A DNA stretch of 64,000 nucleotides from Paramoeba atlantica. Taxonomy: Eukaryota; Protista; Discosea. The stretch is taken from positions 682,001 to 746,000 of the forward strand of contig CDRNVI010000012.1 of the NCBI GenBank assembly GCA_977017575.1. Direction: 5' to 3'. Position 1 is the first letter of the stretch. Each line of letters begins with the position of its first letter. The position numbers and the translations under genes were made by a program. A model generated the notes under the pieces. The model did no database searches. It was not told where the DNA came from and saw only the letters and a list, made by a program, of their open reading frames with translations. Below, piece after piece: positions 9,164-22,400 of this stretch.

Positions 9164-11607
9164 TTTTTTTTATCTCCTTACCTTTATGGGCGTGACTACT
9201 CGCGCCAAGGCAAAAGAATCGGGGGAAACCCCAATGATTTTGCCCCTTCCAGCTCGGCGGAGGAAGAAAGCACCCCCAGCGTCACCGTCCACACTCTCGG
9301 TCGCCCCTGCCCCCGACACCAGAGAAGGTTTCTACAAGCATTGCCGACGCACAGTCAACGCGAATCAAGTCACCGGGTGTGGAATTCCAGGGAAGCAAGT
9401 TGTCCTCGCAGCAAGCGCCGTCCACACCACATTCTACGCCTTCCCCGCCGAGGGCCCCAAGGCCGAGCATGCATACACTATCTCGGAGAGCGCGAGTGAA
9501 GGCGCACTCGTCTCGAATGTCGACTAGTCCCTCGCCGATATTAAACCAAATGCAAAGGGTCGGAGCGCACATGGAAAAAAAAGTCGGAGCGCACAGTATA
9601 TCGGTCACAACACTTTCATACGCTAAGGCACTTTCAAGCTCGCCCGCTAGATCGCCACGCACAGCTAGAGCAGAGGAGACAGAGGAACCAATCGACGACA
9701 TAGTTCTGCGCCCGTTGAATCCGACGGCACGGATACTCTCCGACGAAGAACTGTTCCACCAAAGGAAAGAACGCAAACAAGCTAGATGGGAATATCACGA
9801 AAAACTACGCAAAGAGAGGATAGCGAAGAATTCAGCTGCAGAGGCCATCGTTGCGCAGAGCGCTACTGAGCCACCCGTCCCATCTACTCCTCCTTTGATC
9901 CCTCCGCGGCTTCCTCCGCCACTTCCCTCGCCAACTCCAGCGATCAAATCCACGGTTACAATACCGGCTAAATTGTTTTCCAAGGATCTTCTGTCAAACA
10001 TTTTTTGTCGCCGCGCAAAAAAACACCCGGAAAGTGATACGACCGCGATACTGACCGCGATCAGCCAGGTGGAAACACCCAATACGTCAAAGGTCAACGG
10101 GATGGAGCCCCACACTCCCATGACGGGCAAGGATGACTCGTGCGAGATCGAAGAGAACCAACTGGTAAGGGAAGATCCCGCGATACACGCAGCCTCGTCA
10201 GAAACTGATCTCATAGAAACACCCCATAGAAACGCTCATCTGATAAATTCTAGCTCGCCAACGAGAACTCAGGAAATATTCCATGACTTCACCTCGCCAC
10301 CGCCAACGATTCCTTTCGACGATCGCAGCCTCGTTAAAGAGCTTATAACAAACGTATCCCCTTCGTATGATTTTCCGCTATCATCAGAAACAATTTTGAA
10401 ACACGCGAAATCGGCGAAAACGGGCGAAGAGGTCGTTGTGGCTTGGAGTTTCGACCGTCAAAACAAACTTAACATTTCATCCGGGAAGGTCTTAGGGAAG
10501 AAAGGAAGAGGAGGTGCGGCAAAAATAGCTGTGGAATATCTCGGACTTTATGGTCACCGCACCGGGGAGAGCCTTACCGGCCAACTACCCGCACATAACA
10601 ACGTCCGTATCTACAAAATTATCTGGAAGAGCGGAAAGAATGTCGAAGAAGAGCTACATAACACAGATCAGCTTAATACTACTTCTACTACGGAACAGGA
10701 TCTCGATTTCGAGCCGCTGCCCACCATGCGTACCATACCTGCCGAATATATTCCCGGAGAAGTGATGATTTTTAGAGACATACTTCGAGATTATCCCGAC
10801 AGCAATTACGAGTATCGCAATAGAATATGGCACCGTTTGATGTCTGCTACGAAACATTCCTTAGCCACAATCCGAGAAACTGCAGGCAAGAAGCGGCGGC
10901 GGAAGCCGCATCCCCATGAGGTGTCCCAGTGTTCACCTGCAGAGGAAAACCTCGAAAAGGCAGATATACGTGCGGCAAAAAAAGCTATCCGTCTTGCTTT
11001 GGAGGGTTGCACCTCCAAAGCAACAAAGGTTCTGGACATAGAGGTAAGAAAAGGTCGATTATCCGACGCTGAAACTCTTGCAAAGTTAGAGGCTCTTCAC
11101 CCACAATTGCCGTGCAGTTTCCAACTCCCCACCGATGCACCCGCTATCGCATGTGTCACATCCGTTGAATTGCGAGAAGCAGGCAGACGTCTAGCAAAGG
11201 GGGCTGCTCCAGGTCCTTCTGGCATGACGGACGGTATCCTACGCATTCTTCTCGATGACGAGACCTGTTGCTCATGCCTCTGCCACATGATGAGGGATTT
11301 GGTAAATGGAAATTATAAGTATACGTTTAGAAATTTAGGATGATTGATATAATGGCCCTTCGGGGCACATAATATTTATATTATGAGATATGATTTGTTT
11401 GTTTTGTTTATATAAGTGTACGTTTAGAAATTTAGGATGATTGATATAATGGCCCTTCGGGGCACATAATATTTATATTATGAGATATGATTTGTTTGTT
11501 TTGTTTAGAGATTTCATTTATTTAGTTTGGTATAGTGACACTCCTTCTCTAACCTTTTTATTGCGGACGCGTACTACAAGGCAGTTGCAGAAGAAAAGCT
11601 ACGGAAC

Positions 11608-14520
11608 ATGACGGTATCTAAACAATCGACGAATCGCCCGGCCTTTCTCTGCTACCGCTGCCACAAACCATTTCCGAGCGAACTGCCCGTTAAATCAATC
11701 GTCTACTCGCTTGACCCCGGGTTTTCGCGGAGGGGTGACGAGCGGCACTTCGAGTGCAAAGAGGAGTCACTAGGTAGTGCTCCCCACCCCTTACATCGCT
11801 CGTGCCTGTCCGCTGAAAAAGCGGCGGGTGATTTGTCCAGGTCTATCATTCAGCTCATATTTGCACTCTGCAGGGAAGGTGCATGCCTTTGTGGCATGTC
11901 ACGGAACGGGACTGCAGAAGCCACAGCATCGGGTGGCGGAAGTAAGGACGTACTCAAGGGCGGGTCAGGCCAAACGATCTCTAGAAGTATATCCCGCCGG
12001 AAACAAAATCAGGAAACTGGACGTGCAGTCTGCCAAGGACAAGCTAACATGCACAATTTTGAATCTACCAAGTACGAGCCCGCTAGCACACCAAATGAGA
12101 ACCCCGATAAATCCCATGTGGACGAATGCTACTTGGCTCTCAAGGGCACGACTGTGGGGAAGGCTCGAACTTTTTTGTCGGGAAAGAGGGGTACCACCAG
12201 ATCCAATACACGCCGTTTTGTTCCTTCAGCAAATGGATCTGGCACCTGCGACACTGTTGAGCTACACTTGCAATCTTCAAACCGTATTTCAGCTGAGTCA
12301 AACCGATCCTACCCCTCTCAAAATGTTTGCAAAAGCTCTACAGGCAAGAGGCGCTCTCGAACCAACGCGTCAGATGGAGCCAATCACTCCGTGGCAACTA
12401 CGCCGGCTAAGGACAAAATTATCGTTAAGCGAAGGGATCGCCGCGTTGATCTGTTGGAAGGCCGCAGCCACATGGACAGAAGTCGCAGAACTAACCCTCG
12501 AAAGATTCGTGCGGAATCAACCGAACGAAGTCATAGTCTATTGGGGACGGAACACCAAATCGACTCGTCTCAACCCGTACCGCTTATCGATGTGCACAGC
12601 CATACAAGGGGAAGGAACTCTAGAGATTGCGGAATACGTCCGGTTTATGAGGAAGGGTCAGCAGGTGACAAGCACAACGGTTCGGGAAATGGACGTGAAA
12701 ATGAAGAAAATTCTGGGCCCCGGCTACGGGACACACTCCCTGAAGCGGGGCGCGATAACGTATCTCTTCAACGAGGTGGCGCTCGGACGCGTCGCTCTCT
12801 CAGACGTGCAAAACATAGCCAAACATCAATGCATCAACTCCCTATTACGATACAACGGGAACCTGATAACTACGGAAAAGGCGCTCGGTACGCAGCGAGC
12901 TTCGGTTCTCCTACCAACCCTATAACTCAAGAGGATGTCAACCTTTGTTTCGATCAAATACCGCACGTTAGGCGATACAGTGTTATTTGCGCGCGGCGCA
13001 CTTCCCGTCTTGCACGTCCCGAAGACATGAACCTCCCCCTACACGTTAAGGCTGGAATACCCGTAATGGACGTGCAGAAAGTGAAGACTTGGATGTCCCC
13101 TGGTGCGCTTCACCGCCTGGAAACCGTGATGAGACACTTATTTGACACGCGACTTGCAGCGCAGACCGAACCAGCAATCAAAGGTAATCTTTCGGAAGCT
13201 GATGTCGTTGGTTTGCTTGACGCTGGAGTGATTGAAACAGTCGAACAGAAAGAACTCCATCAGCATCCGACTTTACAATACGTTATTCCTTTTACCGTAG
13301 TTGAATCCGATGAGGAGGGGAACGCCCGGCGCCGATTCATATCCTGGACCAAGGACGACAATATCAGATTAAAGGACTATAAGCCCGACGTTCCTTTATT
13401 GCACCCTTCTTGGTATCTGCATAAGGCTGAGGAAGAAGCAGGCGTTAAGCGCGACTTACGTTGCGGGTTCTACTAAATCGGAGTTCCGCGCGCGGCACGT
13501 GCCAAATTTCGTTTTCGTGACCAAGATGGAGTCTTGCACCAGATGAAAGTTATGCCCATGGGGCACCGATGCGCCCCGGAAATTATGCACAAACTGACAG
13601 CAGCTATCGCGTGCGACTCCGCTGTATACAAGCCCACACTGGGCTCCTGTATTGGCTCCGTGGATATTTACATAGACGGTATTCGATTTGCCGGAACCCG
13701 TGAAGAATGCATCAAATTTGTTAAATTTGTTGACGGACGGTGTGCTCAAGTCGGTGGCTTATTTAAGGAGACCGGATCCGACCCTTCCAAAGAATATGTG
13801 TTCAATGGAGTCCTGTACAATCATGAAACCCACAAGGTCAGCCTGGGACCTAAGGTTTTACAAAAAATATCGCGCGATCGCTATCGTAACATAACGTTTT
13901 CTCAACTGGAGACGGCGGTGGGGCGCCTCCTCTACGCGGCAGCGGTCTTGGGACATATCATTCCTGAGTATCATTTTCCTTTAAAGATTGTTCGACGACG
14001 GATCAATGAGCTCAATAGAAATCCCAAACTGGCGGAATATCCTGTTCCGCTTCCGACAGCAACTCGTTCTATCCTGGCGGACTGGAGGAATATCATTTTA
14101 CGGAACGAACCAATCGCACCGCCACCACACCCGGATGTCGTTCCTCATAGGCATAGTCTTTACACGGACGCGTCCGCTAAAGGATGGGGGGCAGTTCTGT
14201 ACCGGGACGATGGTCAAGTGATCATTGTGGGGGACTCGTGGGAACCGGAATTTAAATATGAAGTTAATCATGCGGAGGCTATGGCAGTTCGACTGGCATT
14301 TGAAAAACTGGGCCACCACTTTCAAAAGGGGACTTGTGTGGACCTCTTTATAGATAATACGTCGTGCAAAGCTGCCCTTAATCGTAAAGTTGCAAAATCA
14401 GATAGCATTGCGGTGGAGCTCAAACATATACTCAAAAAGAATCAGAATCTTGGCGTATGCATTATGGCTCGCTACATAAAATCTGCCGATAACCCCGCGG
14501 ACCCGATTAGCCGGTTATGA
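11608..14520 (+). pseudogene. pol: YR1 pol (N-terminal extension, RT, RNase H) with in-frame TAA at 13474-13476
   Basis: DLRCGFY*I (paralogs GFYQV/GFWQV), MPMGHR, YIDG, LYTDAS, DNPADPISR. Confidence 0.88.
11777..12925 (+). CDS. Tyrosine recombinase of YR1 (first catalytic Arg replaced)
   Basis: HSLKRGA and HQCINSLLRY motifs present; CWKAAATWTE where paralogs have CWKAASRWSE. Confidence 0.82.
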   Translation: MLPTPYIARACPLKKRRVICPGLSFSSYLHSAGKVHAFVACHGTGLQKPQHRVAEVRTYSRAGQAKRSLEVYPAGNKIRKLDVQSAKDKLTCTILNLPSTSPLAHQMRTPINPMWTNATWLSRARLWGRLELFCRERGVPPDPIHAVLFLQQMDLAPATLLSYTCNLQTVFQLSQTDPTPLKMFAKALQARGALEPTRQMEPITPWQLRRLRTKLSLSEGIAALICWKAAATWTEVAELTLERFVRNQPNEVIVYWGRNTKSTRLNPYRLSMCTAIQGEGTLEIAEYVRFMRKGQQVTSTTVREMDVKMKKILGPGYGTHSLKRGAITYLFNEVALGRVALSDVQNIAKHQCINSLLRYNGNLITTEKALGTQRASVLLPTL

Positions 14521-16438
14521 AAGTATTCAAATCAGAAATAATGTAGTACTCAAAAAAAAAAATACTATATATGTAGGCTATATATGTAGGTGTTTCAGTA
14601 GGTGGCCGCCACCATTTGCTGAAAACACATGCGCTCGGGTGGTAGTATTACGTGCGAGCGGGCTGGTTCGCGGAGTTGGCGGACGGGATGCCCGTTCGTA
14701 AGTAAAGGAGTTTGTTGTGGATTTGTTTCAAATACTGTAAGTTTGATTGAAATGGCCAGGTACCTTAATTTCTTTTCATGGATAGGTGGTGAGGATACTA
14801 AAGCAGTTGAATTCTTTGAATTGCTTTATGAAGAAAGATATTACATGAATTAGGAATTGGTTTCATTTTATTTATTCTTGTTCATTATGTGTGAGAAAGA
14901 AGACGCTGATTTCTATAAGTATACGTTTAGAAATTTAGGATGATTGATATAATGGCCCTTCGGGGCACATAATATTTATATTATGAGATATGATTTGTTT
15001 GTTTTGTTTATATAAGTGTACGTTTAGAAATTTAGGATGATTGATATAATGGCCCTTCGGGGCACATAATATTTATATTATGAGATATGATTTGTTTGTT
15101 TTGTTTAGAGATTTCATTTATTTAGTTTGGTATAGTGACACTCCTTCTCTAACCTTTTTATTGCGCCCGCCCACCAACCCCCAACCACTTCGCGGAGTTG
15201 GCGGACGGGATGCCCGTTCGTAAGTAAAGGAGTTTGTTGTGGATTTGTTTCAAATACTGTAAGTTTGATTGAAATGGCCAGGTACCTTAATTTCTTTTCA
15301 TGGATAGGTGGTGAGGATACTAAAGCAGTTGAATTCTTTGAATTGCTTTATGAAGAAAGATATTACATGAATTAGGAATTGGTTTCATTTTATTTATTCT
15401 TTTTCATTATGTGTGAGAAAGAAGACGCTGATTTCCTGTCCAAAGATATCATGCACCGAATTAAACGAGCCAGGCTCCTAGCGCTTCCGAAACCGGACAA
15501 TGGTGTCAGACCGATTGCAATGGGTGAGGTAATCTTGAAACTCGCGGAAATACTTCTTCTTCAGCGCTATGAAAAGTCTTTACCCCCACTGTTCGCGCCA
15601 TACCAATACGGGGTAATGATGAAGAGCGGTTGCGAAAAAGTAATACACGAATTAACTGACTTACATCGCTTAGGGCATGCGATTCTTTCGGTAGACCTCC
15701 GTAACGCATTTAACTCGCCGTCCCGCGACGACATATCAAGATGTGTTTTCGGTTTTTCCACACTGAGACCTTTCAGAAGGATGTTCACAGCTGAGTACGC
15801 AGATCCATCCGAGCTTCTTTTCTACGGCGCAGATGGGAAATTTGCAGGAGTGGTGCAAAGTTCCTCTGGCGTGCGTCAAGGCTCCCCTCTCTTGACGCTC
15901 TACTTTTGCGCTTTGATGCAACCAATACTCGAGACGCTGGCAGAAGAATTTCCTGGAATCAAAATCTTTGCCTTCATTGATGACATCAACTTGGCCTCAG
16001 CAAACAGTACCCTCCTGGCGAAAGCCTTCGACCGGTTACGTGCACTCCTGACGGCGAACAGCTTAGAAGTTGCGCCCACGAAATGTGTCTGGTTCGGAGG
16101 GAAGAATAAGATACAGCTTCCTGATTTACTACACGATCAAGGCATAAGATGTGAGTTTGAAATCATAAAAATTCTTTCATAGTTTACGGAGAGAATTGGG
16201 CGAATAAATTATTTACGTTATACCAGTTTATCTATTGTGTGATGGCCGAGGGGCATTGTACCTGTTGTAAGAATTCAACTGATTTGATATATACACCCCC
16301 CAGATGTAACCCCATGTGTATACAGACGAATATGACGTTTGCTATGGTGATTATAAATTCAAGACTTTATTTCCTTTGTTAATTCGCGACAGTTAAAGTT
16401 TCCGTCGCAAGGATGATCGTAATGTTGCTCGACAAACG

Positions 16439-19400
16439 TTGATGGGCAAGTTGCGCAAGGAAGGTCTTGACTTATGGGGGGTGTGGGAAGATAAGCCGTC
16501 TAAGGAGTACCCCTTTCCTCACCCGGATTTGGACTATTTTGAGATTAACATTATTGAGGATCGCGAGGTGCCGTCATCAGTTGCTAATTCGCAAGTCCCT
16601 ATTTCTGAGCCAGTGGGATCGTCTGGGGAACTGCCAAGTAGCGCCCAAGAAATGGCAGGGGGGAGACAGATTGAGGGACCCTCCTTGACGCTTCCGGAGG
16701 CCCCACAGGAGGGCAGTCCCAGGCTCCTTGACCCCAACGCATTGAACCCTTATGAACCGATAACCTTTGAACCGTGGATTAATGCGTTAGACGACGACGG
16801 ATTCCGTACCAGAGATTTGATTCGCGAGCTGAGAGAGGCCCCGGAATTTGGTTTGCATGGTAACCGATTTTATTATGATCGGAGCTTCGTTGAGCGGCAG
16901 GAACGTGTGTTCAATTCGATTTTTTGCAAGTGGATTGTTTTTGCTCGGTTGATACCAAATTGGAACCAAGGGGTCTATCTCGAGATGGGACGCGGAATAA
17001 TTCAAACCCTTCGGGATGCTTACTGTCGGGCGCGCCGAGTTGACGTTGATCTCGTCCACCAGAAAATGGAGAAAGATGTACGCCCAGAGGACAAATTTTA
17101 TCATCATGTGAGCGATCAGTTAGTCGAACGACAACAACTGTACGCCCGAGTCCAATCGTTTTCTACTTCAGGAACGCAAGTTTCACGCCCAAATCCAGTA
17201 CCTTTTCGTCAGACCGGACCTCTTCAGCGACGAAATTTGTTGTGTTTCTTTTGTTGTTGATTTCTTTTTCTTTCCTAATTGATCCGGGAACTGTTCTTTT
17301 TTACTTTGAGGCTTTGCTGGTTTCGAGGGGACAAGTGTCATCCATGCTGTTTTATGCTGTTTTATGTGGTCCAACATATATTCAGCTCGATCTTTTTGTT
17401 TCATTCAAAACCAAGGCCAGAGAACAGGAGGATAGGCCATATTCCTTTGTTTTTTTGAAGACCTTTGTTTTTTTGAAGACCTTTGTTTTTTTGAAGACCT
17501 TTGTTTTTTTGAAGACCGTATACTTTATATAGGATCTCTACAAAGTACGATATTCACACAAAATGAAATTCTTAAGACAACGTTTTTTATTAAGACAACG
17601 TTTTTTATTAAGACAAAAAAAAAGACCATCGTTTTTTGTAAGACCATCGTTCCTACTCTTTTTCTTTGAAATGGGCATGCTCACGCGTGCCAAAGCGAAG
17701 GAGACGGGGGTAGCTCCCGTCGTCCAGTCGCTTCCCCCCACACGCCGGAAGAAGAGACTCCCCGCGGAAAAGCCAACGCTACTACCGCCGCCATCGCCAC
17801 CACCGCCCCAGCAGTCGCCACCGCCGCAGCAACGATCGCCACCACCACCACAGCCACCACTGCAGCCACCACCGCAACGACCGGACCAATCGTCAATCAA
17901 TTTCACGGCCCCGAAGTCGCGTGAGCCATCATGCAACAGACCGGAGAAAGGCAGCGCGAGTTGCGAAACAAGCGTATCAACAAAGAACACCTCCCTAACC
18001 TCTTACCCTTCAATAGGCAAAGCGTCGCCCGGTAAAATCGCCATCCGTCGACGCGGCACTCGTTATAGATCCTTCCAGCACCTGCTTGATACAATGAAAG
18101 AACAGGAGGCTGTCGCAAAAGAAACCGCCACGAAGGAAGCTGCCGCGAAAGAAGGCGCCGCGCAGGAAGCTGCCGCGAAAGCGATAACAGCGAAACAGGC
18201 TTCACAAGAAGGACTCGAAAAAGTAACTCCAAACCGGGTAGCGGTAAATCAGACAAATCGGCTGGCGGCCATCGGGAAAGTGGCCGGTTTTGTCGGGAAA
18301 ACAGTCTGGAAGGGACTTCAAACCCTCAACGGAGCTCATTTATTGAAGAGAGATGAAAGCCCACTAAAAAAACAATACGTCAACGGCTACTCAAATCATG
18401 GGGAGGGATGGTTTCACGACGTGCGAGGTTTCGACATCTTCTCCGACGCGCCCGAAGGGGATACACCTGATACGTATTTCACGCCTGTAAAACCCGATTA
18501 TCGGACTCCCAACGATGATGAAACACCACCTACATGTACATCGCGTGCATCACAATCGGAGGGCTAGGGGGGACCTTCGATGAATCTTCATCGAAAGTTG
18601 TACACTTTCGATGAATCTTCATCGAAGGTGTTTTTGACTTTTTTTGACTTTTTTAACTTTTTGTTTTTGAACGAATTTTTCCATTGGCTGTTGAAAACAC
18701 GTTGCATGAAACATATAATTTCATTTTAATTTCAATAATTTTTTGTTTTTTTGTCTGAATTCTGACTTTCCGTTTTCTTTCACATTTTGGCTTGGGGGTA
18801 CGTTCGTTGATTTCTCAACGAACGTACCCTGTGACCGTAAAAAATCTGCAGGACCTTAGAGGGAGGAGGAAGAAAGGCCCAACTGATAACTACTTGATAA
18901 TCTTGATAATCTTGACCAACTACCTTGATAACAAATTTTAGTACCCATTCGTGGGAAGCAATTTGCGAAGCCCAACTACCTTGATAACAAAAAGTTGTAC
19001 ACTCTCGAAAGTTGTACACTTTCGATGAAGCTTCATCGAAGGTCCCCCCTACCCCAATCGGAGCAGGATGAAAATGAAACGGCGGGAGACTTCCACGATT
19101 GCGAATCTCCTCCACCCTTTTCCACCACCAAGGCAGAGGCCGCCGTCTCGAATGCACAGGCTGGACACGCAGAAACAAGAACTCTTTCTCCGCAATATCC
19201 CCCCCTCCCAGCACCTCTTCCGGTAGACAACGAAAACAACCCGTCGATCCCACTACCGATCGGTGAACTTTACACTGCCGGAATGGTTGAAAGAGAGGAT
19301 GGTGATTATAGCATAGGGGAGATAATTCAACCCACCTAAAATCAGGAAGGAATTGCACTTCCGGAAGAAAAACATATAGTCAATCAGATATAATAAGAGT

Positions 19401-22400
19401 ATGTAAACTGTAATGTTTAATCTGTAGAACTACAGAGCTACCGAAATATAACATCCATCATGGACAACAGAGTAAAAGACATTATCTTCACCAGTACTGT
19501 AATATCAACTTCGCGAAGTAAGTATCAAATCTATTTTATATACCTCATGAACTTTTTCCTGGAGAGAACTCCCTTCCCTCCCTTTCTCGAACGGGTGTCC
19601 ACGCGGGGAGTGGTTTGGGGGTTGGTGGGTGGGGCAAAAAGTTTCAAAGGATAAAAACGCGCTCTATTACCAGTTCACTGTATAATGCTTTGTGTCACTA
19701 TATAAACTAGTTTATGAATAACAAACGTACAATGCCCGTCGGCCAACTAACGTAAATATAATTCTCAGAAATCAAAATTTCCATTGTACAATTCTTTTCG
19801 TAAACTTTTAGTACGACAGAAGGAGGACACGAGCCCGACAAGGTCAACTCGATCGATCCGCATGCCAGACACGACGACTTAGAAAGAATTTGCTTCGACG
19901 AAGAAGTCGATTCTGGACGGCTATGCACTGAGCTTGGGTCTATGTCACCGCAGTCTCACTATCCGATTCCCGCCGATCATTTGTGGAATGCCTCGAAACA
20001 TGTCAAAAAGGGAGCGATGTGCACCATCGCATGGACATTCGATAACCGAGACCAGATCAATATATCTATTAGCAAAGTTACCAGCGTGAATAGGAGAAAA
20101 GGTGCCGCCAAATTGAACTTGCAATACAAAGGTATTGCAGGCCACAAGATCGATGAAGAATTTTTCGGAACGCTGCCACCACAAGAAACGGTTAGAGTGT
20201 ACAAAATTATATGGCACTGTACTCCACCGCCCCCAGAAACCTGTCCACCGAAGCTGAACCAGTCGATCCCGCACATTCCCAATGCAGCCCTTCCCGTCCC
20301 TGATTGGACTGACGACGATCTGGACCGCGCACCTATCCCAACATCACGAGTTATGAGGCCTGAGTTAATACCAGGCGTCATCGCCACATACCGAGAAATA
20401 ATGAGTGACTACGCGAACAGCCCTTACCCACAAAGACACAAAATCTGGCACGCGGTCCTCTCGGCCATGAAAACATCCTTAGCTACACTTCGACAACAAT
20501 CCAATCGCAACAGACGTCGGCGACCATTCCCGCCGGAGGAAACAGCGCGAGACTCAGCCCAACAGAATATGAAAGATGGGAAAGCACTTTTGGATCGTTC
20601 GAATGGAAAAGAAGACAATGGAGACGAACTTTCGGAGAACAAGGGAGACCTCACGGCTTCTGATAAACGAGCCATTAAAAGAGCAACACGGCTCGTGATA
20701 GAAGGATATGCCAGGAAAGGAGCTCAAGTGCTTGACCGCAAAATTGAGAAGCAATACTTATCCGAAGAAGAGACATTCAAGAAACTTCAAGACTTACACC
20801 CACAAAACCCATACGAACTTGATCTTCCATGTGACGCCCCCCTAATAGGCGGACTCACCCCTACTGAACTCCGCTCTGCTGGGTTGCGCCTCGCCAAAGG
20901 AGTTAGCCCCGGACCAACTGGTACGACGGACACGATAGTACGCATACTCATCGATGGCCCTGTATGCTGCGGGAGTCTTTGCCACATGATTCAGGACCTG
21001 ATCAATGGATTTCTCACTAAAGAACTGATGCGCCGATTAACACGAGCAAGGTTAATTGGTATTCCCAAGCCTGATGGAGGCATCCGCCCGATCGCAATTG
21101 GTGAAGTCCTAATGAAACTTTCTGGCTTGGTCCTTGTTCAGCGATTTGAACCCACCCTGCAACCGCTATTTGCGCCGCTCCAACAAGGAGTGCTATCTAA
21201 GTCAGGCTGCGAGAAGATTGTACATCGGCTAAACTCCCTATATCGCGACGGCTCGTGCATCCTATCCGTAGATGTAAAAACGCCTTCAACTCCCCATCGC
21301 GACCAGCCCTGGCGAAAGCCGTATATGGTCTTGCTACATTGAAACCCTTCCAGAGGTTTTTCCATGCTGAATACGCAACGGCATCTGAGTTGCTATACTA
21401 CGGAAATCAAGGTCACCATGTAGGAACAATTCCAAGCACAAATGGTGTCCGACAAGGGTCCACACTTTCATCGGTTTATTTCTGTGCCCTATTGCAACCA
21501 ATCCTTGAAACTCTGTCTGCAGAGCACCCTGATATCACAATCAACGCTTATGTCGATGATGTAACTATTGCGTCAAAAAACCCCGAGCGATTGGCCAGTG
21601 CCTTCTCCCGACTAAAAACGCTTCTAGAGGAACAAAATCTAATAGTTGCTCCCAAAAAATGTGTCTGGTTTGGCGGACTGGAAGAAGAACCATTACCACA
21701 AGAATTAGAGAGCGCCGGGGTAATCACCAAAAAAAAGCAACAAAAATCCTTGGGGCTTTCATCGGGGACGACAAATCGGTCAGCGAACGCCTAATACAGT
21801 CACTGACGAAGCACAACGACAGCTTCCGACGGCTCAAATTGATGGGGGTTAACAATGTATCGTGCAATCTGCTTTCCAGATGTATAAACGTTAGACAGGC
21901 CTACCACCTCCGTGCACACAACCCCACCGCTTCAGCTGAACTAGCGACCCGATTCGACAAAGAGGTAGAAAACGTTCTTACATCATGGTTCGGACATCTC
22001 TCGGATGAACAAATCGCGTTGCTGCGAATGCCCACAAAAAAAGGAGGACTTGGCTTGACAGACTGCTCTTCCACGCGAGAGGCCGCGTACCGCTCCTCAT
22101 GCCACTCTGTTCTTGAGCGCCCCATAAACAATTCAGCTCGGACAGATGGAATCAGGGAGCGAAATGTTGGATCAGCAGGCCACCTTCAGAGCAACATACC
22201 TCCGGTAGACGAAACCACGACGGCGGCTCAAAAGCACATCAAAATTTGGAAAAAGATGACCCGCGAGCAATCAAACATAGCGAAGGTACTCGAAAAAGTA
22301 ACACACAAAGGCAATAACGGATGGACGCACTCTGACGCGCGACTCATACCATCACACCTGTTCAGTCTCGCCGTCATGCCCCGATTGGGGATCGCTCACC

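Larger units (their letters stand above)
11314..15435 (+). mobile_element. YR1: tyrosine-recombinase retrotransposon with split direct repeats, defective
   Basis: A1 11314-11565 = A2 14914-15165 (252 bp, with an internal 97-bp duplication); B1 14667-14913 = B2 15189-15435 (247 bp); C-rich spacer 15166-15188. Confidence 0.93.

Noticed and set aside
13474-13476. Stop-codon reassignment (TAA at a conserved Gln; also 19337 TAA and 5035 TGA)
   Set aside because: These are isolated and explicable as C-to-T changes; homologous ORFs terminate at TAA, TAG and TGA at equivalent positions, and long ORFs lack internal stops.
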